DNA of 64,000 nucleotides from an uncultured Rivularia sp. (GTDB lineage Bacteria > Cyanobacteriota > Cyanobacteriia > Cyanobacteriales > Nostocaceae): contig OY762007.1 in NCBI GenBank assembly GCA_963665115.1, forward strand, positions 6,016,001-6,080,000. The letters are read 5' to 3'. The notes beneath the pieces are model-generated. The model saw only the letters and a program-made list of their open reading frames with translations, was not told the DNA's origin and ran no database searches. This document shows, one piece after another, positions 52,871 to 61,165 of this stretch. A program made the translations under genes and the position numbers. Position 1 is the first letter of the stretch. Each line of letters opens with the position of its first letter.

Positions 52871-55015
52871 ATGCAGCATTTAGTTACTATCGCTCGCCAA
52901 ATGCATTTTGGCAACAAATCCGATATATTCGGGGTTTTTAAGAGAAATCGCAATCGAATTTTACCATTTACACTCAGCCTGTTGTTTGCATTGATTTTAG
53001 GATGCCAAACTCTAGGAACTCAGGTAAAAACTACTGAAATATTGTGGGATACCTACGGGATACCGCATATTTATGGTCAAGATGTAAAGAGTGCGTTCCG
53101 TGCTTTTGGATGGGCACAAATGCAAAGCCACGGTAATTTACTTTTACGTCTCTACGGACAAGCAAGAGGACGTGCAGCCGAATACTGGGGAGAGGACTAT
53201 ATAGATTCAGACCGATGGGTATTGACAATGGGAGTACCCGAACGCGCTCGCGTTTGGTATGAAGCACAAGATGCATCTTTCCGTAGTTATTTAGATGCTT
53301 TTGCAAATGGTATCAATACTTACGTTAAATCAAATCCAGATGCAATTGATGATGAGGTTGAAATTGTTCTGCCAGTTAGAGGAGAAGATATACTCGCTCA
53401 TCTACAAAGAGTACTCAACTTTACATTTGTAGTCAGTCCAGAACAAGTTGCGGGTATGAGTAACGATGAATCAAAAGCTGGTTCTAATGGGTGGGCGATC
53501 GCACCTTCTCGTTCGGCATCTGGAAATGCTATGCTGCTGGCAAATCCTCACCTTCTTTGGTCGGATTTATTTTTATGGTACGAAGCTCAAATTACTGCAC
53601 CGGGAATCGACGCTTATGGAGCATCGCTTGTGGGGATTCCTGTTTTAAATATTGCTTTCAACGATAATTTGGGTTGGACTCATACCGTTAACACTCATGA
53701 TGGGTGGGATGCGTATCAACTAGAGTTAGCTGGTGATGGCTATCGTTTTGATGGTAAAGTTCGTCCCTTTGAAACGAGAACTGTTTCCTTGAAAGTAAAA
53801 CAAAACGATGGGACACTAAGCGAAAAACCATTGGTAGTCAAAAGCTCTGTTCACGGACCTGTTGTGTCAGAGAAAGATGGTAAAGCTACTGCACTGCGTG
53901 TTGTCGGTCTAGACCAACCAGGAGTATTGTCACAGTGGTGGGATATGGCGCGATCGCAAAATTTGGCAGAGTTTGAAAAAGCCCTCAAACGTTTGCAGCT
54001 ACCTATGTTTACGGTGATGTATGCTGACCGAGAAGGGCATATTATGCACTTATTTAACGGACAAGTTCCAGTACGCGAACAAGGGGATTGGAAATATTGG
54101 CGAGGTCAAATTCCTGGGAACACATCAAAAACTCTATGGACGAAAACTCATCCTTATGAGGATTTACCTCGGATTATTGACCCGGATAGTGGTTGGTTAC
54201 AAAATGCCAATGACCCACCTTGGACAACAACTTTTCCAGCCGCTATAAAAGCAGATAAATATCCGTCTTATATGGCACCAAATTTTATGGATTTCCGAGC
54301 GCAAAGTTCTGCTTCAATGTTAGCTGAAGATGAAAAAATAACCTTTGATGAAATGGTTAAGTACAAGCATTCAACAGACATGGAGTTTGCACAACGGATT
54401 CTAGATGATTTAATTCCAGCGGCGCGAGAGTATGGTGGTGAATTAGCTCAACTTGCAGCCACTGTCTTAGAAAAGTGGGATAGACAAGCGAATGCAGATA
54501 GTCGGGGAGCGGTATTGTTTGCTTACTGGGCACAAGAACTAGATTTTGATGAAGCCTTTAGTAAACCCTGGACGAAAGACTCACCATTGACTACACCCGA
54601 TGGATTAGCTAATTCTAAGAGTGCAGTCGCATTATTGGAAGCAGCAGCAACAAAGGTAGAAAAAGTTTATGGAAAATTAGATGTTGCTTGGGGAGAAGTT
54701 TTCCGGTTGAAACATAGGAATGTGAATTTACCAGGTAATGGGGGCGATGGAGACTTAGGAATTTTCCGAGTTGTCAACTTTGCTCCCTCAGAAAATGGTC
54801 GATTTCAACCCGTCGCTGGCGATTCTTATGTTGCTGCGATTGAGTTTTCTAAACCTGCCAAGGCAATGGCGCTTATGAGTTATGGTAATTCATCTCAACC
54901 AGGCTCGCGTCATTCTGTTGACCAGTTACAACTTTTTGCTCAAAAAAAGTTACGTCCGGTATGGCGTACTAAAAAGGATATTGAGGCTAATTTAGAATCT
55001 CGTAAAGTATTTTAA
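52871..55015 (+). CDS. Ntn-hydrolase acylase (penicillin acylase / PvdQ / AHL-acylase family)
   Basis: WDTYGIPHIYG, catalytic GSNGWAIAP, LLANPHL, GWTHTVN, QNAN; signal-like N-terminus. Confidence 0.92.
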   Translation: MQHLVTIARQMHFGNKSDIFGVFKRNRNRILPFTLSLLFALILGCQTLGTQVKTTEILWDTYGIPHIYGQDVKSAFRAFGWAQMQSHGNLLLRLYGQARGRAAEYWGEDYIDSDRWVLTMGVPERARVWYEAQDASFRSYLDAFANGINTYVKSNPDAIDDEVEIVLPVRGEDILAHLQRVLNFTFVVSPEQVAGMSNDESKAGSNGWAIAPSRSASGNAMLLANPHLLWSDLFLWYEAQITAPGIDAYGASLVGIPVLNIAFNDNLGWTHTVNTHDGWDAYQLELAGDGYRFDGKVRPFETRTVSLKVKQNDGTLSEKPLVVKSSVHGPVVSEKDGKATALRVVGLDQPGVLSQWWDMARSQNLAEFEKALKRLQLPMFTVMYADREGHIMHLFNGQVPVREQGDWKYWRGQIPGNTSKTLWTKTHPYEDLPRIIDPDSGWLQNANDPPWTTTFPAAIKADKYPSYMAPNFMDFRAQSSASMLAEDEKITFDEMVKYKHSTDMEFAQRILDDLIPAAREYGGELAQLAATVLEKWDRQANADSRGAVLFAYWAQELDFDEAFSKPWTKDSPLTTPDGLANSKSAVALLEAAATKVEKVYGKLDVAWGEVFRLKHRNVNLPGNGGDGDLGIFRVVNFAPSENGRFQPVAGDSYVAAIEFSKPAKAMALMSYGNSSQPGSRHSVDQLQLFAQKKLRPVWRTKKDIEANLESRKVF

Positions 55016-55037
55016 GAGTTTAATGTAGAGGCAGGCT

Positions 55038-55751
55038 TTGAAATCTATGTTCAGCCTGCCCCTGTATTTAAGAGTATCTCGGACGCACGGGGATATGGTG
55101 AAGATTTTATCAGGGATGTTTTTTGGATTTATATTGATTTGCTTTTCATCCGTTGCTGTAGCATCAGAGAAATTGCAAACGGAAATAACACAAGAAGATT
55201 TACGAATAATAGACAAGCTAGTACAAATTGCCCAAAAGAACTCTCATGAGGTGAGAAAGGCGAAACATGAAATGGGATTGGATGCTTTTACTGATACTAT
55301 CAGTATAGAATTATCACCATCTCAAAGTAGAACAAGTTACAGAACACCAGATTTTTCATCTGAAGAGGAACGAAGTTTTTCTATTAGTTTGAGCATAGAA
55401 CCGATTAAAATCTTTACTGCTATAGATAAAATGCCTGTTATGAAGGCTCGTTTGCGAGAAACTAAACGGCAAACTCGTTTGAAAGTAATGAAACAATATT
55501 TTGCTTACTTACAAGCACGTCAAGCCAGCAAAATCGCCGCTTATCAGATGCAAAAATTTCAGGAGCGCGAACGCATTGCCAGTAATGTTTCTTTAGGAAG
55601 TTCTCAGCAGTTAGATAATGCTGACTATGTTGCAGTAGCTACGGATATGTTAAATAAAAATATGCAAGAAAAACTCGCTTTAGAAGAATTGGCTGAAGTG
55701 GTTGGTTTATCTGCTCAAAAGATAGAAAATATTCTTAATAACCAAGATTAA
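55038..55751 (+). CDS. Secreted helical protein, short TolC/outer-membrane-efflux-like (start uncertain)
   Basis: Signal peptide (AVA), LVQIAQKNS..V.KA, and V.KQYFAYLQA coiled-coil pattern. Confidence 0.5.
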   Translation: MKSMFSLPLYLRVSRTHGDMVKILSGMFFGFILICFSSVAVASEKLQTEITQEDLRIIDKLVQIAQKNSHEVRKAKHEMGLDAFTDTISIELSPSQSRTSYRTPDFSSEEERSFSISLSIEPIKIFTAIDKMPVMKARLRETKRQTRLKVMKQYFAYLQARQASKIAAYQMQKFQERERIASNVSLGSSQQLDNADYVAVATDMLNKNMQEKLALEELAEVVGLSAQKIENILNNQD

Positions 55752-55863
55752 ATGGGGCGTTTACGAATAAAAATATAGCTAAATATTACAAAGCTATAAA
55801 AGGCATTTCAGGTTTCACCTTTATTAGGTCTTTACTTAATGTAGTCAACTTGCGCTTAGCTAA

Positions 55864-56628
55864 TTATGCATAAGTTATTGTCTTCAAGTATTTAGCTAAA
55901 TTTTCAAGTAAAAGTGATTGGGCTGAGTGTATAAAAAAGTGGTCTCCAGAAAATAATTGCAATTGGAACGAATTTTGTGTTTGCTCGCGCCACCCTCCTA
56001 GTTCTTGTAAAGTTACTTCTTGGTCTTCTAATCCACCAAAAGCAGTGATTGGAAATTCAAATGATGGCTTTTGAGTGTAAACGTAGGTTTCTAAAACTGC
56101 AAAATCAGCCCTTAGAATAGGGGCAAGTATTTGCATCAATTCGGTATTTTCCAACACTGAAGCAGGTGTACCGTTTAGACGGCGAAGCTCTTGAAAGAAC
56201 TCAGCTTCTGGGAGTGCGTGGATAGGTGGTTTTGGTGACGGAATTTGAGGAGCGCGACTAGCAGAAACAAATAGTCGGATTGGCTTTTTAGCATATTCTT
56301 TACGAAGATGGCGAGCAAGTTCAAAACTGACTAATCCACCCATACTATGACCGAAAAAAGCGAATGGTTTATCTAAATATGGGAGGAAAATCGGAGCAAT
56401 CGCGTTAACTAAAGCTTCCATTCGCGTAAATGGAGATGATTTCATCTGTATTCCCCGTCCTGGAAGTTCTACAGGACAAATTTCGATATTTTTAGGTAAA
56501 CTCTCAGCCCATGTACGAAAAACTAAAGAGCTACCACCTGCATAGGGAAAACAAAATAACCTCAAGGAGGCTTGAGGTGATGGTTTTGGACAGGTAATAT
56601 AGGAATTGAACTGACGTATGGTTTTCAT
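55864..56628 (-). CDS. Type II thioesterase
   Basis: LFCFPYAGG, ELPGRG, GHSMG, LRADF, GDHFF. Confidence 0.95.
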   Translation of the reverse strand: MKTIRQFNSYITCPKPSPQASLRLFCFPYAGGSSLVFRTWAESLPKNIEICPVELPGRGIQMKSSPFTRMEALVNAIAPIFLPYLDKPFAFFGHSMGGLVSFELARHLRKEYAKKPIRLFVSASRAPQIPSPKPPIHALPEAEFFQELRRLNGTPASVLENTELMQILAPILRADFAVLETYVYTQKPSFEFPITAFGGLEDQEVTLQELGGWREQTQNSFQLQLFSGDHFFIHSAQSLLLENLAKYLKTITYA

Positions 56629-56858
56629 CCTTTCTAAGTACTAATGGGAGCAATCGTTACAGACCGGCGGGGTTTGCTGTTCGCTTCACTAAGGTTAGCT
56701 GTAAAAGTCTTTTGGTGAGGATAGGGAACAGGGAACAGGGAACAGGTCTGCATGTGAAAATTATAAAATTGGTCGAGGCTCAAAACCCTCGTCACTCCCT
56801 ACTCCCTATATTTCTCAAAATTGAGGATTGTGACTATTCGTAAAAAAATACGGAAAAT

Positions 56859-57083
56859 TTAACTGCTAGATGCTGTTTCCTCCATTTTTTTTCGGAGACT
56901 TAGCGGTCTCATGTCAGTCCAGACTTCTTTTATGTAATCTAAACATTCTTGTTTGAGTCCATTTTTTCCAGCATCTTTCCAACCAAGCGGATTATCACGC
57001 TCCGATGGCCAAATGGAATACTGTTCTTCATGATTAAATACAACTTTGTAAATTGTTGTGTCTTCTTTATCATCTTGATACAT
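56859..57083 (-). CDS. mbtH: MbtH-like protein
   Basis: [28 protein letters not shown]. Confidence 0.95.
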   Translation of the reverse strand: MYQDDKEDTTIYKVVFNHEEQYSIWPSERDNPLGWKDAGKNGLKQECLDYIKEVWTDMRPLSLRKKMEETASSS

Positions 57084-57133
57084 AATTAACCTCTTGATAT
57101 TTAACTAGTACGTGAAGGTAGAAAGAAGTAAAA

Positions 57134-57460
57134 TTACTGTTCGACTGGCTCTAAATGTCCTTGACCGTTCAAAGTCACTAAGTCAATATCTGCAATACAT
57201 CTGACTTTTTCATAGTCTAGTGTCAAATTACCAACTAAGTGAACTTTTCCCGTTTGATTATCGAAGTCAGCTTCATTTAATACAGATGCTTCCAGGTCGA
57301 GCCTTACACCTAAATCGGTACCTCCTTGTGTATTTGTAAATTTGATATGTACATACCCTCTGTCAATGCTTTCTTTAAGTGTTGTAGCTGTTTTTTCAGG
57401 TCGCAAACTTGCTTCAATTGGATGTTCCCCTTCTGACAATCTTTGTACTAATTCGTTCAT
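57134..57460 (-). CDS. NRPS-associated small protein (MbtH-associated family)
   Basis: MNELVQRLS..YVHIKFT.T.GGT.LG..G.LTLDY..VRC.ADIDL; AGGAG RBS before 57460. Confidence 0.75.
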   Translation of the reverse strand: MNELVQRLSEGEHPIEASLRPEKTATTLKESIDRGYVHIKFTNTQGGTDLGVRLDLEASVLNEADFDNQTGKVHLVGNLTLDYEKVRCIADIDLVTLNGQGHLEPVEQ

Positions 57461-57482
57461 GGAAATGTCTCCTAATTCAGAA

Positions 57483-57812
57483 TTATTTTTCGGAAGAACT
57501 TTCAGATGCTTGTACTTGTACTGCTTCATAAACAGGAATCTCGAATTCAAGAGTTTTCTGACAAAACTCTTTCCATTCAGGTGTTACATTATCAAAGATA
57601 ATATTCTCGTCTTTGTAGATTCCATCTGTAACTACGTAGTTTTCTTGTAAATATAAAAAATCATCATCCGTTAACACTCTTTTAACTTCTACCTCATTAC
57701 CATCTATCTCTTGTCTTTCTTTTCTTGCATTTTCTAAATTCTCTGTCCATTGCTCAAATTGACGTAGTTTTTTGATTGAATATGCTTTGCAGTATTTTCC
57801 CATTGTTGCCAT
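57483..57812 (-). CDS. NRPS-cluster-associated hypothetical protein
   Basis: MATMGKYCKAY..LYLQENYVVTDGI..IIFD..PEWK.FC; GAGG RBS. Confidence 0.75.
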   Translation of the reverse strand: MATMGKYCKAYSIKKLRQFEQWTENLENARKERQEIDGNEVEVKRVLTDDDFLYLQENYVVTDGIYKDENIIFDNVTPEWKEFCQKTLEFEIPVYEAVQVQASESSSEK

Positions 57813-58291
57813 TTCATCACCTCTATAAGTTATAAAAAACAATCATTATTTTCAACTTAGAACACAGTTTAAAAAAGTTACGAAGCTATTTTTTAATATA
57901 ACTCATAATCTGTATTATTAAGATTGTAGTTTCATGCAATTATTAAATAGTAAAAATGATAATCTAAATTAAATATTTTAGGCATAAACATAATACAATA
58001 AAAATATAGTCCATAATATATTCTTCCTTATAAGAATATTAATAAATAATTTTATATGTGATTTTAAAATTATCTTTATTAACTTTATAAATTTAATAAT
58101 AAATGACAATATACAAGAATAATATTATCGATTTGCATGATGTTCATACTATAAAAATAACAAAACTAAATTTATTAGTTCAACTGAGCCGACAAGCGAT
58201 GGTTGTCATTGATTTTAATGTTGACACAGACTCTGTTTATACTGTTAGTAGAGTCAGATATATTGGTAATAAGATGTTATTAAGAAGAAAA

Positions 58292-59632
58292 TTATTCGCT
58301 ACTACTAAGCTGTGAATATGCAACATCATGATCGGGTACAATTCTCTCCAAATTCCGCAACAGAGGAACATAAAACCCAATTAATCCTACCAGAAACATA
58401 CACACCGCACACATTACATACAACAGCGCTATCCCCGCCCCAGCACCAGTACCAAATATTTCTCCAAAAATACCTACTAGATAACCACCTTCAGTTAATG
58501 CCGGTGTGAAAACCCTATCTGCCAAAGGTCCAGCTATTAAATAAGCAAATGCTGAAGCAAATTGTAAAGCTAATGAATTCATTGCAAAAACCCTTCCCTG
58601 TATATTGGGAGCAACTTTTGCTAACCAAATTGCTTTATCTGAACTACCATTCAAAGGAAAATTAAAAGAAGAACAAAACTGCGAGGGAATCCAGATCCAA
58701 GCTGTTCGACCTAGACCAAAAACGATTTTACTTAAACCCGCACCAATCATTCCTAATAAAATACCTTTAATTTTACGTTTAAAGCCGCCCCAGGTACTAA
58801 TAATGATTGCACCTGTTACGCCACCAAAACCTGCCGCAGAGGCTAAACTACCCAATACCAAAGTATCATTTCCTGTTCGTGATAAAATCATTGGTGCATA
58901 TAGGGAATTCCCAATATCATGAGCAAACCAGAATAAAAAAGTAAATACTAACAGAGCTAACAAGCTTTTGCGAGCGAGAATATAGCGCAAACCAAATTTC
59001 AAATCCTGCCAAATAGGGCTTGGATTCTCATGCTCATTAGTTTGTGTTGGTTTCGGGATGCGTACAAACAATAAACTACTTATAGCGATCGCAAAAGTGG
59101 AAATATCAATCATCCAAATCCCTAATAACCCAATTACTTTATAAAAATACCCAGCTAAAGCAGGTGCGATAATATCACTTCCATAACTTAATAAAAATTC
59201 TAGACTACTGGCACGAGTATAGTGTTGTTTTGGCACTAACAACGATACTGATGCTGAGTATGCTAAAAACTGAAGTTGAGTAAAAACGCTGACAATGGCG
59301 CTAGTTAAGTAAAGATGCCAAATTTGGAGATAATTAGTTAGATACAGGAACATGATAATTAATGTTGCTATTAACGCAACCGTATCACCCACCATAAAAA
59401 GTAATTTCCGATTAAAACGGTCTACAATTGCTCCGCTTAGAGGAGCGATCGCCATGCTTGCCAGTGTACTAAAAAAACCTATTAGGGTAAGGGTTGTTGC
59501 CTTACCTGTAAATTCCCAGGCCCAAATTGCGATGGCAAAACGGCTCATATTGCTACCGATGCTAGAAACTAGCTGTCCTGCCCATAGAATAAAGAAGTTA
59601 CGCATACTGGTGGGATTATTTTGATTATTCAT
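58292..59632 (-). CDS. MFS transporter (macrolide-efflux/DHA3-like)
   Basis: FFILWAGQLVS..G, GAIVDRFNRK, QGRVFA; about 12 TM helices. Confidence 0.9.
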   Translation of the reverse strand: MNNQNNPTSMRNFFILWAGQLVSSIGSNMSRFAIAIWAWEFTGKATTLTLIGFFSTLASMAIAPLSGAIVDRFNRKLLFMVGDTVALIATLIIMFLYLTNYLQIWHLYLTSAIVSVFTQLQFLAYSASVSLLVPKQHYTRASSLEFLLSYGSDIIAPALAGYFYKVIGLLGIWMIDISTFAIAISSLLFVRIPKPTQTNEHENPSPIWQDLKFGLRYILARKSLLALLVFTFLFWFAHDIGNSLYAPMILSRTGNDTLVLGSLASAAGFGGVTGAIIISTWGGFKRKIKGILLGMIGAGLSKIVFGLGRTAWIWIPSQFCSSFNFPLNGSSDKAIWLAKVAPNIQGRVFAMNSLALQFASAFAYLIAGPLADRVFTPALTEGGYLVGIFGEIFGTGAGAGIALLYVMCAVCMFLVGLIGFYVPLLRNLERIVPDHDVAYSQLSSSE

Positions 59633-59728
59633 TCAGTTAGGTTCTTTCATTTTTTACAGAGACATTCTGACTGCTTCTTAATTGCAAAATTCGCATAAGT
59701 TCTGTTCCAATACCTTTTATAAAGAAGG

Positions 59729-61144
59729 TCAACTTTTTACAAGAACAGGTAGAAAACCTGCTTCTCGAAGTTCCCCAATACTTTCTTTTACTGCCCCAAT
59801 TACATAACTAATATCTTCATTTGTGTGAGCGGTAGATAAATAACCACCTGCTCGAAGTAGATACACTCCTTTGCTCAGTAGGTAATAGCGTAACAAGTCC
59901 ATACTCTGTGAAGTCGCAGAACTTTCCTCGGATGTAGAACTTTCCTCCGAAGCAAGACCGAAAAGTGAACCAAAATTAGCCATTCGTATAGGTAATTCTT
60001 CTTTCTCAAAGCAAACATTCAGTGCTGTGACAAACTCGGATGTGCGTTGATTCAATTGGTTCTGAAGGCTTTCTCCCTGAATCTTTAGGTATTTGAGAAC
60101 AGCCCGTGCAGCTGACATTGCTAAAGGATGTTTACAAAAAGTACCTGCAAAGAATGTTGTTTTAGCATTCGGGGAAGAATCATCTCCATAATTCCACATT
60201 CCACCATCGATGGCATCCATATAACTTGCTTTACCAGCAATAATTCCAATGGGCATACCACCGCCAACAATCTTTCCATAGGTGGCTATATCGGCTTTAA
60301 TTCCAAACCACGCTTGTGCACCACCAGGATGAATACGAAATCCAGTTACCATTTCGTCACAAATCAATGCAATCCCTGCTTGTTCAGTTAATTGGCGCAA
60401 TTGCTGAAGAAATATTTTGGGTTGTAAATCAGGTCGCATGGTTTGCACTGGTACAACTAAAACAGCTGCTAATTCTTGTTCATGGGCTTGAATAATGCTG
60501 AGTGATTGGGGATTGCCATAATCTAGGACTAAAACGTCTTCTGCAATATTTGCCGGAATCCCTGGAGCAATTGGTACTGTGCCCAGATTTTGACCTATTT
60601 TCTCTAATTTTACTAAAGTCCCATCAGAATGACCGTGATAAGAACCTGCAAACAACGCTATCTTATTTCTACCCGTGACTGTTCGTGCTAAACGTATCGC
60701 AGTCATGACTGCTTCTGTACCTGTATTGCTAAAGGTAACTCGCTCCATTCCTGTAAATTCGCAAATTAACTCAGCCACTTCACCCGCCATATCTGATTGT
60801 GGACCAAGTTGTATACCTTTTTCTAATTGCTCTTGTAGAACTTCTTTGATAAAAGGTGGATTATGCCCAAACAAATTAACACCCAATCCCATCATCAGAT
60901 CTATATATTCGTTCCCATCCACATCCCATATCCGTGAACCTAGAGAACCTTTGGCCACAATAGGATAAAATATTTCCTTAAATGGTAAATTAAAACCTGC
61001 TGATACTCTATGATCGGCTAGAACCGGACGATATTGTTGTGTAAGGTGTTTTGATTTTTTTGTTTTTTGAATGTAAGCTGCAATAAATTTCTCCATATAC
61101 TTGTGGGAAGTTTGGTTTGGTTTATCTTTGATGTTATTTTGCAT
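59729..61144 (-). CDS. Class III (GSA-like) PLP aminotransferase
   Basis: WDVDGNEYID, NTGTEA, YHG, DEMVTGFR, TYGKIVGGG, AGTF. Confidence 0.92.
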   Translation of the reverse strand: MQNNIKDKPNQTSHKYMEKFIAAYIQKTKKSKHLTQQYRPVLADHRVSAGFNLPFKEIFYPIVAKGSLGSRIWDVDGNEYIDLMMGLGVNLFGHNPPFIKEVLQEQLEKGIQLGPQSDMAGEVAELICEFTGMERVTFSNTGTEAVMTAIRLARTVTGRNKIALFAGSYHGHSDGTLVKLEKIGQNLGTVPIAPGIPANIAEDVLVLDYGNPQSLSIIQAHEQELAAVLVVPVQTMRPDLQPKIFLQQLRQLTEQAGIALICDEMVTGFRIHPGGAQAWFGIKADIATYGKIVGGGMPIGIIAGKASYMDAIDGGMWNYGDDSSPNAKTTFFAGTFCKHPLAMSAARAVLKYLKIQGESLQNQLNQRTSEFVTALNVCFEKEELPIRMANFGSLFGLASEESSTSEESSATSQSMDLLRYYLLSKGVYLLRAGGYLSTAHTNEDISYVIGAVKESIGELREAGFLPVLVKS

Positions 61145-61165
61145 TTTTGTAAACTAATAAAGCAT

